A stretch of DNA of 64,000 nt from Salegentibacter sp. (GTDB taxonomy: Bacteria > Bacteroidota > Bacteroidia > Flavobacteriales > Flavobacteriaceae). Made by a program: the position numbers and the translations under genes. Shown here in pieces: positions 9,678 to 20,385 of this stretch (position 1 is its first letter; the number at the start of each line of letters is the position of its first letter). The stretch covers positions 10,441-74,440 of the forward strand of contig JAGXIH010000023.1 of NCBI GenBank assembly GCA_024635795.1. The letters run 5' to 3'. The notes below the pieces were generated by a model. That model had not been told where the DNA came from. It saw nothing but the letters and a program-made list of their open reading frames with translations, and ran no database searches.

Positions 9678-10814
9678 ATGGCAAAGGCAAAAAAATTTAA
9701 AAGAGAAGACCGGAGTAAACCGTATTTGAATATACTGGACGTTCTGGTAAAGGAGAAAACTTTCCTGGCAATTGTAATTATAGGTATTATCATGGCCGGG
9801 ATCGCTTCCGGTTATGCCCAGGCAGGGATGTGGCTGGGATTCTTTTTCGCAGCCTACGCGACAGTTGCTAACGATAGTATACAGTCTTTAGGTACTTTTA
9901 TTGAAAGTAATAAGGCAAAGCGTTGGTGGGTTTTATGGCTTTTTGTAGGTAGTATTTTCCTATTAACTGTTGGTTTTAGTTGGGTGGTTTTTGATGGGGA
10001 CGTAACCTATCAAAGACTACTAAGCCCCGATGGTACCTCAAAATATCCACATCCTGAGCGTTTTAGTTTCTGGCAGATAATAGCCCCGCTGGTATTGCTT
10101 ATCCTCACGAGAATGAGAATGCCGGTGTCTACCACTTTCCTTATTTTAAGTGTTTTTAGTGCCGATACTTCCGGAATAACCTCGGTAGTATGGAAGAGCT
10201 GGAGTGGTTACATAATGGCCTTTATCCTGTCTTTCCTGGTTTGGTATTTTTCATATAATATCATCAAAAAATACTTCAAAAGCCGGAAAGCACACGGTGC
10301 CTGGACAGCGGTGCAATGGACCGTAAGTGGTACCTTATGGGCCGTATGGGTGATGCAGGATGGAGCAAACATAGCCGTTTTCCTTCCGAGACAGCAAAGT
10401 TTATTTGAATTTATAATTTTTGCATTAACCATCTTCTTAGGGCTGGGGCTCTTATTTTACCTTCGTGGAGACAGGATCCAGAGAGTTGTTAGTGAAAAAG
10501 TGAGAATATCCGATATTAGGGCAGCAACCCTGGTAGATCTTACCTATGTGATCCTGTTAATCTATAAGCTTTTCATTAGTACCGTGCCTATGAGTACCAC
10601 CTGGGTATTCCTGGGGATAATTGGAGGTAGAGAGATTGCAATTAGTCTTGCCCGAACCAAGAAAGGCAAGAAACACCGTAAGAATGCCGGTAGGATGATC
10701 TTCAGGGATTTCGCTTATGCGATGGCCGGATTATTCATTTCGGTTGCCCTTGCGGCGGCTGCAAACCCCGGAATCAGGGAGGAGATTGTCAATACAATTT
10801 CCAATTTGTTTTAA
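9678..10814 (+). CDS. Polytopic membrane protein, probable remote PiT/PHO4-family transporter
   Basis: About 10 TM segments with duplicated motifs VANDS...PVSTT and QDGAN...PMSTT. Confidence 0.7.
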   Translation: MAKAKKFKREDRSKPYLNILDVLVKEKTFLAIVIIGIIMAGIASGYAQAGMWLGFFFAAYATVANDSIQSLGTFIESNKAKRWWVLWLFVGSIFLLTVGFSWVVFDGDVTYQRLLSPDGTSKYPHPERFSFWQIIAPLVLLILTRMRMPVSTTFLILSVFSADTSGITSVVWKSWSGYIMAFILSFLVWYFSYNIIKKYFKSRKAHGAWTAVQWTVSGTLWAVWVMQDGANIAVFLPRQQSLFEFIIFALTIFLGLGLLFYLRGDRIQRVVSEKVRISDIRAATLVDLTYVILLIYKLFISTVPMSTTWVFLGIIGGREIAISLARTKKGKKHRKNAGRMIFRDFAYAMAGLFISVALAAAANPGIREEIVNTISNLF

Positions 10815-10834
10815 GCTGAATTAATAAATAAGAT

Positions 10835-10866
10835 AAAAAATGCGCCTTACCTGAGGCGCATTTTTT
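10835..10866 (+). terminator. Intrinsic terminator
   Basis: AAAAAATGCGCCT...AGGCGCATTTTTT. Confidence 0.8.
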
Positions 10867-10889
10867 ATTTTTAGACAAAATTATTTAAA

Positions 10890-12518
10890 ATGAAGAAGTT
10901 ATTACTTGTATTAGGGCTTGGCATTTTTCTGAGTTCCTGTAATTCTGAAGATAAACAGGCAGCAGATCTCCTGGTATACAACGCTAAGGTCTATACCGTA
11001 AATCCAGATTTTAAAATCGCTGAAGCTTTTGTTGTGAAAGACGGGAAATTTCTGGCAACCGGTACTGCAGACGCCTTAAAGAAAAAATATAAAGCTAAAG
11101 AAAATCTGGATGTCGGTGGTAAAGCCGTTTTCCCCGGATTCATCGATGCCCATGCGCACTTCTTCGGGCTTGGTCTTCAGCAGCAAAAGGTAGACCTAAC
11201 AGGGACTAAAAGTTTTGAGGAGGTAGTTCAACGAATCGTGGATTTCCAGGAAGAACGTAATGCCGATTTCATTACCGGCCGGGGGTGGGATCAGAACGAT
11301 TGGGAGGTGAAGGAGTTCCCCATAAAAGACACACTTGATCAGCTTTTTCCGGATACTCCAATTGCCATAACCCGAATTGACGGCCACGCGCTCCTGGCAA
11401 ATCAGGCCGCCCTGGACCTTGCCGGAATTACCACAGAAACCCCTTTTGAAGGAGGAGATATAGAACAGAAAAACGGCGAATTAACCGGTATTCTCGTAGA
11501 TAATCCAATGGGGTTGATAGGAAACGCTCAATCTGCGCCTTCACGTGAGGAACAAATTACTGCGCTACTTGAGGCTCAGGAGATATGCTTTAGCTACGGC
11601 CTTACTACCGTAGATGATGCGGGGATCAATAAAAGCACGATAGAACTCATTGACAGTTTGCAGCAGGCAGGGGAGCTGAAAATAAGAATTTACGCCATGC
11701 TAAGTAATACTGAAGAAAATCTGGATCATTACCTGGATAAAGACCCCATAAAAACCGATAGGTTGAATGTTCGTTCGGTTAAATTTTATGGTGATGGAGC
11801 CTTGGGTTCAAGAGGCGCTGCATTAAAGGAAGAATACAGCGATCGTCCCGGGCATTTTGGAGCTTTGCTATCTTCTCCTGAAGAATTTAAAAAAACAGCT
11901 GAAAGAGTAGCCAATTCCAAATTTCAGCTAAATACGCATGCTATTGGGGACTCAGCTAATCACCTTGTACTTGAGACCTATGATAGACTGCTTCAGGATA
12001 GGGAAGATCGACGCTGGAGAATTGAACATTCTCAGGTAATCGATGAGGAAGATTTTAAATATTTCAGCAAAAATATCATTCCATCGGTACAGCCAACTCA
12101 CGCTACCAGTGATATGTACTGGGCAGAAGACCGATTGGGTGAAGAAAGAATAAAAGGAGCTTACGCTTATAAAAAACTTTTGGGCCAGGCAGGCGTACTG
12201 CCATTAGGCACCGATTTTCCTGTTGAAAAGGTGAGTCCGTTTTTGACCTTTTACGCTGCCACAGCCAGACAGGATACCGATCAGTTTCCTGAAGGTGGTT
12301 TTATGAAAGAGCAGGCTCTTTCACGTGAAGAAACCTTAAAAGGAATGACGATTTGGGCCGCCTATGCTAATTTTGAAGAAGATGAAAAAGGAAGTATAGA
12401 GGCCGGGAAATTTGCCGATTTCATCATTCTGGATAAAAATATTATGGAAATCGATGAGCAGGAAATTCCTGAGGTAAAAGTGCTGGAAACTTATGTAAAC
12501 GGAGAAAAGGTAAACTAA
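10890..12518 (+). CDS. Amidohydrolase_3 (YtcJ-like) lipoprotein
   Basis: Lipobox LSSC, with [29 protein letters not shown] and GTDFP motifs. Confidence 0.92.
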   Translation: MKKLLLVLGLGIFLSSCNSEDKQAADLLVYNAKVYTVNPDFKIAEAFVVKDGKFLATGTADALKKKYKAKENLDVGGKAVFPGFIDAHAHFFGLGLQQQKVDLTGTKSFEEVVQRIVDFQEERNADFITGRGWDQNDWEVKEFPIKDTLDQLFPDTPIAITRIDGHALLANQAALDLAGITTETPFEGGDIEQKNGELTGILVDNPMGLIGNAQSAPSREEQITALLEAQEICFSYGLTTVDDAGINKSTIELIDSLQQAGELKIRIYAMLSNTEENLDHYLDKDPIKTDRLNVRSVKFYGDGALGSRGAALKEEYSDRPGHFGALLSSPEEFKKTAERVANSKFQLNTHAIGDSANHLVLETYDRLLQDREDRRWRIEHSQVIDEEDFKYFSKNIIPSVQPTHATSDMYWAEDRLGEERIKGAYAYKKLLGQAGVLPLGTDFPVEKVSPFLTFYAATARQDTDQFPEGGFMKEQALSREETLKGMTIWAAYANFEEDEKGSIEAGKFADFIILDKNIMEIDEQEIPEVKVLETYVNGEKVN

Positions 12519-12567
12519 TCCAATTAACCAAATTGGTTATCTTTGCAACTCAAAAAAAATAGAAAAA

Positions 12568-13500
12568 ATGAACGACGGATTATATGCAAAATTCCATACC
12601 GGCAAAGGGGAGATCCTTGTTGAACTGGAATATGAAAAAGTGCCGGGAACGGTAGGAAACTTTGTTGGCCTTGCTGAAGGAAACCTGGAAAACCAGTCTT
12701 TTCCACAAGGGAAACCTTATTACGACGGTTTAAAGTTTCACAGGGTGATCCCTAATTTTATGGTTCAGGGGGGAGATCCCCAGGGAACAGGAATTGGTGG
12801 TCCGGGTTATAAATTTGAAGATGAGATCCACCCCGATCTTAAACACGATGCTCCCGGAAAACTATCTATGGCCAATGCCGGCCCCGGAACCAATGGGAGT
12901 CAGTTCTTTATCACTCACGTAGAAACGCCTTGGTTAGACGGAAAACACACTGTTTTTGGAAGTGTAATTGCCGGGCAGGATGTGGTTGATGCAATAGAGG
13001 AGGGAGATGAGATTAAAAAACTCGAAATAATGAGAGTTGGAGTGGATGCAGAACAATTCAATGCTGTTGAATCTTTTAGAATATTTAATGGTGCCAAAGC
13101 CGAACGTGAAGCCGCTGCCAAAAAGCGGGAAGAGGAGCTTATGGGAGAACTCTCTCAGGGTTTCAAAACCACCGAAAGCGGACTAAGATATAAGATCGAA
13201 AAAGAAGGTGACGGACCAAAGGCTGAAAAAGGAAAAACTGTATCAGTGCATTACAAAGGAATGTTATCCGATGGAACTGTTTTCGATTCTTCCTTTAAAA
13301 GGAATCAACCGATAGATTTTCCACTTGGTGTTGGGCACGTGATCGCAGGTTGGGATGAAGGCATTCAGTTACTGAAAGTTGGAGACCAGGCACGTTTTGT
13401 GATTCCGTCACATCTTGGGTATGGAGATCGCGGAGCAGGAGGGGTTATTCCGCCAAATGCCAGTCTAGTATTCGATGTGGAACTTGTAGCTGTAAAATAG
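12568..13500 (+). CDS. Cyclophilin-FKBP dual-domain peptidyl-prolyl isomerase
   Basis: N-terminal cyclophilin ([25 protein letters not shown]) and C-terminal FKBP ([30 protein letters not shown]). Confidence 0.95.
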   Translation: MNDGLYAKFHTGKGEILVELEYEKVPGTVGNFVGLAEGNLENQSFPQGKPYYDGLKFHRVIPNFMVQGGDPQGTGIGGPGYKFEDEIHPDLKHDAPGKLSMANAGPGTNGSQFFITHVETPWLDGKHTVFGSVIAGQDVVDAIEEGDEIKKLEIMRVGVDAEQFNAVESFRIFNGAKAEREAAAKKREEELMGELSQGFKTTESGLRYKIEKEGDGPKAEKGKTVSVHYKGMLSDGTVFDSSFKRNQPIDFPLGVGHVIAGWDEGIQLLKVGDQARFVIPSHLGYGDRGAGGVIPPNASLVFDVELVAVK

Positions 13501-13518
13501 CAGCAGGTTTACAATAAT

Positions 13519-13558
13519 AAAAACCTCACAGTCTTAAGGCTGTGAGGTTTCTTCTTTT
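13519..13558. terminator. Bidirectional terminator-like hairpin
   Basis: AAACCTCACAG...CTGTGAGGTTT between convergent genes. Confidence 0.7.
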
Positions 13559-13572
13559 TAGGTTTTTGAAAC

Positions 13573-14214
13573 CTATTTTGAATCCGGTTGCGGAGTCATC
13601 CTTAAGTAAGGTTTTATTTCTTTAAAACCTTTTGGAAACATTTCTTTGGCCTCTTCATTAGAAACCGATGGGCTAATCACCACATCTTCTCCTTTTTTCC
13701 AATCGGCCGGAGTAGCGACTTTTTGGTATGCAGTAAGTTGCAGAGAGTCAATTACCCTAAGTAATTCCTCAAAATTACGGCCTGTACTTGCCGGATAGGT
13801 GATCATCAGTTTTATGGTTTTATCTGGCCCTATCACGTAAACCGAGCGCACCGTTAAGGTGTCATCTACTTTTGGATGGAGCATACCGTATAATTCAGAA
13901 ACCTTGCGATCTTCGTCGGCAATTATGGGGAAGTTCACCTTGGTGTTCTGGGTCTCATTAATATCTTTTATCCACTTTTTATGAGATTCAGCATCGTCTA
14001 CACTTAAAGCCATAACTTTTGTGTTGCGCTTGGCAAACTCGTCTTTGTATTTTGCTACAGCACCTAATTCAGTAGTACACACCGGAGTGAAATCGGCAGG
14101 GTGAGAGAATAATACACCCCAGCTTTCACCAAGGTAATCGTAAAAATTTATTTTTCCTTTTGAAGTTTCCGCATCGAAATTCGGTGCTTTATCTCCTAAT
14201 TTTAAACAACTCAT
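13573..14214 (-). CDS. 1-Cys peroxiredoxin (Prx6)
   Basis: FSHPADFTPVCTTE and YPASTGRNF motifs. Confidence 0.95.
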   Translation of the reverse strand: MSCLKLGDKAPNFDAETSKGKINFYDYLGESWGVLFSHPADFTPVCTTELGAVAKYKDEFAKRNTKVMALSVDDAESHKKWIKDINETQNTKVNFPIIADEDRKVSELYGMLHPKVDDTLTVRSVYVIGPDKTIKLMITYPASTGRNFEELLRVIDSLQLTAYQKVATPADWKKGEDVVISPSVSNEEAKEMFPKGFKEIKPYLRMTPQPDSK

Positions 14215-14388
14215 ATCTTTATAATTTTAAAAATTAAACTTCTTATAAATTTAAGAAATCAGTATCCATATAAACTGCGAAATATCAGGCATTAGCAGAG
14301 TTTAAGAAAAGATTAACAGATGTATAAATTTTAATTGTTTAAAGGAGGGAGACGAGTAAGAATGAGGTGGGTTTATCCTATTGGTAAC

Positions 14389-14958
14389 TTAGAGATTAGG
14401 ATTATCTTTCCATTTTATGTTACATCCCACACTGGGCTTTTGCTTATCAGATACCTTTTTATTTGAGAGTACGGCATCCATAGCTTCCCTAAGGTCTCTA
14501 CCATTCACCGGGATCCCGTTTCCCGGACGTGAATCATCCAGTTGACCCCTGTAAATGAGCTTTAATTCATCGTCAAAAAGATAGAAATCCGGAGTACAGG
14601 CTGCATGATAGTCACGAGCCACAGCCTGGGTTTCATCGTAGAGATATGGAAAGGAGAACTGATGTTTTCTAGCCATTTCCTGCATATTATCGGGGTGGTC
14701 TGCCGGATAATTTTCTACATCATTACTCATTATGGCCGCAAAGCCAAAACCCTGCACCCGGTAATCTCCTTCCAGGCGTACAATTTCCTCATTCACGTGT
14801 TTCACAAAAGGACAGTGGTTGCAGATGAACATTATTAATGTGCCTTTGCTGCCTCTTATTTCTTCCAGGGTATAGATATTTCCGCTAATCACATCTCTAA
14901 GGCTGAAATGTGGGGCCCTGGTGCCTAAAGCAAGCATATTTGACTGGGTACGGGACAT
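14389..14958 (-). CDS. Thioredoxin-family (AhpC/TSA-like) protein
   Basis: FICNHCPFV, AACTPDFY and GCNIKW motifs. Confidence 0.92.
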   Translation of the reverse strand: MSRTQSNMLALGTRAPHFSLRDVISGNIYTLEEIRGSKGTLIMFICNHCPFVKHVNEEIVRLEGDYRVQGFGFAAIMSNDVENYPADHPDNMQEMARKHQFSFPYLYDETQAVARDYHAACTPDFYLFDDELKLIYRGQLDDSRPGNGIPVNGRDLREAMDAVLSNKKVSDKQKPSVGCNIKWKDNPNL

Positions 14959-15031
14959 TTTTTCTTTTCTTATAAATTTACAAATTATCGTCGGTTTATC
15001 CTGATTTGTTTATTTTTCGTGAAAATTTAAA

Positions 15032-15370
15032 ATGATGGAGATCTCCTGGAAAGATTTTGAGAAAGTAGAAATGCGGGTTGGGACTATAATCGAAGTTCTG
15101 GATTTTCCTGAAGCCAGGATTCCTGCCTATAAGATGAAGATCGATTTTGGACAAAAGTTGGGGATCAAAAAAACTTCTGCACAAATCACTAAACGCTATA
15201 AAAAAGAGGAATTACTAAACCGGCAAATCGTGGCCGTTGTTAATTTTCCGGTGAAACAGATTGCCAATTTCATGAGTGAATGTCTTGTGCTTGGGGCCGT
15301 TGGAGAAAATAATGATATCGCATTGCTCCACCCCGGGATGGAAGTAGAAAACGGTCTCCGAATAAGTTAG
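15032..15370 (+). CDS. csaA: tRNA-binding/secretion chaperone CsaA
   Basis: MRVGTI, SAQIT and VVNFPVKQIANFMSECLVLG motifs. The start may be 15035. Confidence 0.88.
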   Translation: MMEISWKDFEKVEMRVGTIIEVLDFPEARIPAYKMKIDFGQKLGIKKTSAQITKRYKKEELLNRQIVAVVNFPVKQIANFMSECLVLGAVGENNDIALLHPGMEVENGLRIS

Positions 15371-15389
15371 AAACTTAAAATTTCAGCAT

Positions 15390-15424
15390 AAAAAAAAGGC
15401 CGGATATTTTCATTTCCGGCCTTT
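15390..15424 (-). terminator. Terminator hairpin between convergent genes
   Basis: AAAGGCCGGA...TCCGGCCTTT with an A-run on the left. Confidence 0.7.
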
Positions 15425-15443
15425 AAACTTGTGCAATAGTTAA

Positions 15444-17960
15444 TTACATTTCATCTCCAAAGAATATCGCATTCATAAGGAGTTTATTGGTCCCGAACCA
15501 AAATGCTCTGAAGTTGGTGTTATCTGTAAACAATATTACATTACCCCGTTTCATTTGGGTATGCTTAAATGGTACTGTTCCCGCAATGGAATCAAGGTTT
15601 GGTTTGCTTATATAACCGCTTAGCAAGGGTTTTTCTGAGTATTTTATTGGATTTTTATAGCTCTGTTCATCGGCTTTTATGAAGATGGTGGTATTTCTGA
15701 AAAGGGCGATCTTATCATCTTTATATCCAAAATTAACCGGATGTGACCGGTCGGTGTTGGCTTCAAAGATAGCACCGCCAATGCCCTGTGCCCCGGTAAA
15801 ATCTCTTCGGTCTTCAAAAGAAACATTCTCGGCTACCAAAGTATCTTTCTTGATTTCCATTTCCATAAAATCATGACGTTTGAACCAACGAGCCATATTT
15901 CGGTAACCTATAAGAGTTCCTCCATTTTTCACCCAGGTTTTAAGTTTGTCGGCTTCATTCTTACCTAGTTCATTGTCCCAGGTATTCGGAATAATGATAT
16001 CGGTATAACGACTAAGATCGGCATTGTAAAAATTGCGGGTATCCAGTTTGGTGATCTTCATATCATAACGCTGGTCGAACAAATGCCAGATTTCGCCGGC
16101 ATCATAGGGGGTTATTCCATCGCCAACCATCAGGGCGACTTTTGCAGGTTCCAGCGCCCTGAACTGTCGGCTGCCAAGATTTATTCCATTGGTAAGACCT
16201 GTGTTGATAGCGCTTATCTCTACATTGCTTTCTTCGGAAACCTTCTGAAGGAATTCGTGAAGTTCGGAAGCATCAAGCTTCTGATTTTGAACAGGGATTA
16301 AAATGGTCCCGTAATCATATTGCTTATCGCCATTGCTGAACTGTTCCATACCAACTTTGGCGCGAAGATCTTTTTCCAGAATCATATTCAGCGCCTTTGG
16401 AGCATAGAAGTCGTGCCATTCCATCAGGTAGGCATATTCAGATTTTTCGGTAGCAAGGATTTCAGGTTTTTGGAGTTCCTGGATCTCATTTCCAGCATTT
16501 CCTATTCGTACATTTTCAGCAAAATCAAGATTGAAAGCCATCGGGAAATTCCAGGCCGAGATGTCATAGAAAAGACTATCCTGGAATTGGGTTCTTTTTT
16601 CAAACATAGCTTCCACCAATCGGTGTTGGCGCTGATCTTTTGGTACTACATAGGTACTTCCTTTTTTAAATTGTTTCCCTCCAGTTTCAAAATTCTCTTT
16701 TAACTCGTGAATTTTAACCTTATGTTTTTTCAGGATTTTGGCAAGTTCGTAGGCCGAAGAGGCATCTTTAGTGCTTCCAAAAACCCAGGCGCCTTTCTCC
16801 GCTGTATTTCTAGCGTTCGTGTAAAAATTCCGTTGGTAATTGAGCAGTTTTTCGCGCATATTTTTTGCGGCTTCCAGGGTTGAAAGTGCTGCTGTGAATT
16901 GATTCCTAATGGTAAAGGGGAAGGTGAGGATCCCGTTATCGGTTTCCTGGGCGTGACCCCGGGAGCTACCTTGTTCAAATAGTATTCCTATACTCCCGTT
17001 GATATCGGGGAAGGTAGAACCTTTTCCGTAGTAAAAATCGTCGTAATCTTCTTCAGTGTAATAAAAAGAACCGAGCTCATCAAAAGCTGCAGCATGGTAG
17101 GTCCCTATTTCCCTGGTTAGATCCTGGTTGATATCTGGAGTTAGGGGATGCGTCCTGGAAGGGATTCCGGGCTGAAAGAAAAAAGTGGAATTGGAACCCA
17201 TTTCGTGATGATCGGTTAAAATATTGGGATACCACTTGTGAAAGGTAGTTAGTCTGGCCTGAGATTCGGCGAGTTGCACCGGAAGCCAGTCCCGGTTCAT
17301 ATCAAACCAGTAGTGGTTGGTACGTCCTCCCGGCCATATTTCCCGGTATTCGCGGTCCTGGGGATCGGGGTTTATGTTTTTGCTTTTGTTGGTGTTAGCC
17401 CAGTAGGCAAAGCGTTGCAAGCCATCTGGGTTAAACACAGGGTCAAACAGGATAATGGTGTTTTGAAGTAGTTCTTCTATTTCAGGGCCTTCGGCAGCAG
17501 CGAGGTGATAGGCTACAAGAAGCGCTGCATTGGAGCCGCTAGCCTCATTCCCGTGAATTGAAAATCCCTGGTTCACCACTACCGGCATATCTTCAGTATT
17601 AATGGAAGCAGCATTTTCTTCGATTAAAGCCAGATGGTTTTTCCTTATTTCTTCAATATTCCCGTGGTTTTCTTCGGAAGTTATGGTTAGCAGCACAAGG
17701 GGCCGGCTTTCGTATGTCTGTCCGCGGGTTTCCATCGTTATGCGGGGGCTAACTCTCTCGAGTTCCCTCATATAATTAAGAAGCAAATCGTGGCTTACGT
17801 GCCATTCTCCGGGTACATAACCAATGATGTCCTGGGGTTTTGGGATGTTCTGGTTGTAGGTAACATCTTCTGGTAAATAATAATCCAGGCTTAGGTCTTC
17901 TTCCTGGGCCTGAAATTGCAGGCAAAAAATGAGGCTTAGGGTAGTAATTATAAATCGCAT
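15444..17960 (-). CDS. Secreted M14 zinc carboxypeptidase with C-terminal GATase-like domain
   Basis: Signal peptide, with HGNE, NPDG, DMNRD and DHHEM motifs. Confidence 0.92.
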   Translation of the reverse strand: MRFIITTLSLIFCLQFQAQEEDLSLDYYLPEDVTYNQNIPKPQDIIGYVPGEWHVSHDLLLNYMRELERVSPRITMETRGQTYESRPLVLLTITSEENHGNIEEIRKNHLALIEENAASINTEDMPVVVNQGFSIHGNEASGSNAALLVAYHLAAAEGPEIEELLQNTIILFDPVFNPDGLQRFAYWANTNKSKNINPDPQDREYREIWPGGRTNHYWFDMNRDWLPVQLAESQARLTTFHKWYPNILTDHHEMGSNSTFFFQPGIPSRTHPLTPDINQDLTREIGTYHAAAFDELGSFYYTEEDYDDFYYGKGSTFPDINGSIGILFEQGSSRGHAQETDNGILTFPFTIRNQFTAALSTLEAAKNMREKLLNYQRNFYTNARNTAEKGAWVFGSTKDASSAYELAKILKKHKVKIHELKENFETGGKQFKKGSTYVVPKDQRQHRLVEAMFEKRTQFQDSLFYDISAWNFPMAFNLDFAENVRIGNAGNEIQELQKPEILATEKSEYAYLMEWHDFYAPKALNMILEKDLRAKVGMEQFSNGDKQYDYGTILIPVQNQKLDASELHEFLQKVSEESNVEISAINTGLTNGINLGSRQFRALEPAKVALMVGDGITPYDAGEIWHLFDQRYDMKITKLDTRNFYNADLSRYTDIIIPNTWDNELGKNEADKLKTWVKNGGTLIGYRNMARWFKRHDFMEMEIKKDTLVAENVSFEDRRDFTGAQGIGGAIFEANTDRSHPVNFGYKDDKIALFRNTTIFIKADEQSYKNPIKYSEKPLLSGYISKPNLDSIAGTVPFKHTQMKRGNVILFTDNTNFRAFWFGTNKLLMNAIFFGDEM

Positions 17961-17987
17961 TGTAAGTGTTTTTTAATTCCTGAATAT

Positions 17988-18018
17988 AAAAAAACCGTCC
18001 TGAAAGATCGGGACGGTT
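17988..18018 (-). terminator. Intrinsic terminator after the PUR gene
   Basis: AAAAAAACCGTCC...GGACGGTT. Confidence 0.7.
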
Positions 18019-18044
18019 CTTAGAAAAAATTCTAAAGTAATTTT

Positions 18045-18425
18045 TTAGATGTCGTCAAAACTCACATTAGTGAATTTTTCGGCCGGGGTTTCTTCTCCGT
18101 TTTCAGAAGTCTCGCTGTCGTAATCCTTCTTGTAATCCTTTTGATGACGCTCACTAATTACTTCCTCTCCTTTTTCAGAAACAATGAAATCGGTCATTTC
18201 CTGAAGGATCTCATTAAAGCCTGCAAAATCTTCTTTGTAAAGGTAAATTTTGTGTTTTTTGTAGAAAAAAGAACCATCGTCGTTGGTGAACTTTTTGCTC
18301 TCAGTAATGGTGAGGTAATAATCATCGGCACGGGTCGCTCTTACATCAAAAAAATAAGTTCTTCTTCCGGCCCTTAACACTTTAGAGAATATTTCTTCTT
18401 TCTCCATCATTCCATTATCACTCAT
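18045..18425 (-). CDS. PUR-family (DUF3276) DNA/RNA-binding protein
   Basis: FSKVLRAGRRTYFFDV, YLTITESKK and KHKIYLYKEDF motifs. Confidence 0.92.
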   Translation of the reverse strand: MSDNGMMEKEEIFSKVLRAGRRTYFFDVRATRADDYYLTITESKKFTNDDGSFFYKKHKIYLYKEDFAGFNEILQEMTDFIVSEKGEEVISERHQKDYKKDYDSETSENGEETPAEKFTNVSFDDI

Positions 18426-18498
18426 AAGTAGATTCTTTAATAGTTTGTTTTTGTGTAGCTCAAAAATCTAAAAATTTTTAACATTCCCCAAAATTATT

Positions 18499-20253
18499 TC
18501 ACATTTCTTTTTCATTTAACTGTTTTGCATAAAGTTCTTTATAATAGCCTTCCTGATTTAATAATTGGGAATGCGTGCCTTGTTGAACTATTTGGCCGCC
18601 TTCCAGGATTATGATTTTATCAGCATTTTTTGCTGAAGAGATCCTGTGACTTACAATGATGGTGGTTTTGTTAGTGGAAATACGGAAAAGATTGCTTAAG
18701 ATTCCTTCTTCCGTTTCCGTGTCTACCGCTGATAGACAGTCGTCAAACAATAATATTTTTGGGTCATGAATGATGGCACGAGCTATGGAAACCCTTTGTT
18801 TCTGTCCTCCAGAAAGGGTTATTCCACGTTCTCCCAACACGGTGTCGTAACCTTTACTGAAGCCTACGATGTTTTTATGAACCGAGGCATTTTTGGCTGC
18901 TTCGATAATCTCTTTGTCGGTTGCATCGGTTTTTCCGAATTTGATATTGCTTTTTATCGAATCGCTGAAAAGGAAAGCGTCCTGTGGCACGTAGCCAATG
19001 CTTTTTCGAAGACTTTCCAGGTTAAGCTTTTGGATGTTGTGGCCATCGATGGTGATTTCTCCGTCTCCCACATCATAAAGTCTTCCTATAAGTTCCAGGA
19101 TGGTGGATTTACCCGATCCGGTTTTTCCGATGATGGCCAGGGTTTCTCCGCTGTTAACTTCAAAAGAAACATTTTTTAGTGCAGTGATGTTGGTGTCATC
19201 ATAGGTGAAACTCACATTTTTAAAAGCTATATCTCCCCCAATATCATCCGGGGTTTGCTTTGGATTGGTGATCTCCGGTTCTTCATCAAGAAATTCGTTT
19301 ATGCGCTCCTGCGAAGCTTCTGCCTGCTGCACTAAGGAAGTTACCCATCCAATAGAAGCTATCGGCCAGGTTAGCATATTTACATATAGCAGGAACTCTA
19401 CAATTACGCCCAGGTCAATAAGACCATTAATATATTGCCGGCCACCAATATAAATTACCAGCACATTGCTAATCCCGATAAGCAGAACCATAAGAGGAAA
19501 GAAAAAAGCCTGAACTTTTACCAGAGCGATGTTTTTATCGCGACTTCCATTAGAAAGCTCGGTGAAATTCTCATTGGTTTGTGGCTCTATGCCGTAGGAT
19601 TTTATCACTGCGATCCCGCTAAAGCTTTCCTGGGTAAAGGTGTTTAACTTAGACAGGTATTGTTGAACCACTGTACTTCTTTTATGGATGGCAACACTAA
19701 TTTTGTAAATGGCGAAGGATAGTACAGGCAGGGGAAGCACCGTATACATAGTTAGTAAAGGAGCAGCCTCAATCATAAAGATCAATACCACAACGCTGGA
19801 GGTAAGGGTAGTTACGCTATACATTAGCGCGGGGCCAAGGTACATACGTACTTTGCTTACATCTTCACTAATGCGGTTCATAAGATCTCCGGTTCGGTTC
19901 TTCTTGTAAAAATTAAGCGATAGTTCCTGGTAATGTTTATAGACCACGTTTTTTAGATCAAATTCGATATGCCGCGAAACCACGATAAAGGTTTGGCGCA
20001 TTAGGAATGTGAAAAAAGCGGCAATAAGTGTTGCCCCAATTATAAGTAGAATATTCCAGGCGAGTTCATCTCTTACAAACTGAATATCGGTGATCTCCCC
20101 ATTGATGTATTTTTCAATAATATTGGTAGACCTACCCGCCAATGGAATATAGAACAACGCGAATATTCGCGCTGCCACCGTGATGATAAAGCCAATTACC
20201 AATCTCCATTTATATTTGAGGAAAAATTTATTAAGGGATTTAAGGTGTTTCAT
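18499..20253 (-). CDS. ABC exporter, fused permease/ATPase (MdlA/YheI-like)
   Basis: N-terminal TM domain, GKTGSGKS, LSGGQKQR and DDCLSAVD. Confidence 0.93.
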   Translation of the reverse strand: MKHLKSLNKFFLKYKWRLVIGFIITVAARIFALFYIPLAGRSTNIIEKYINGEITDIQFVRDELAWNILLIIGATLIAAFFTFLMRQTFIVVSRHIEFDLKNVVYKHYQELSLNFYKKNRTGDLMNRISEDVSKVRMYLGPALMYSVTTLTSSVVVLIFMIEAAPLLTMYTVLPLPVLSFAIYKISVAIHKRSTVVQQYLSKLNTFTQESFSGIAVIKSYGIEPQTNENFTELSNGSRDKNIALVKVQAFFFPLMVLLIGISNVLVIYIGGRQYINGLIDLGVIVEFLLYVNMLTWPIASIGWVTSLVQQAEASQERINEFLDEEPEITNPKQTPDDIGGDIAFKNVSFTYDDTNITALKNVSFEVNSGETLAIIGKTGSGKSTILELIGRLYDVGDGEITIDGHNIQKLNLESLRKSIGYVPQDAFLFSDSIKSNIKFGKTDATDKEIIEAAKNASVHKNIVGFSKGYDTVLGERGITLSGGQKQRVSIARAIIHDPKILLFDDCLSAVDTETEEGILSNLFRISTNKTTIIVSHRISSAKNADKIIILEGGQIVQQGTHSQLLNQEGYYKELYAKQLNEKEM

Positions 20254-20385
20254 TCAGAATAAACCAAATTTTTGAGAATATGCCATTTTAACAGGTCTTA
20301 AAATCCTCTTTATTAAATTATTGATTAATTTTGCTAAACGATTTTCAGAAATATTGAAAATCATAAATTTAAAATCTTACAAGTT

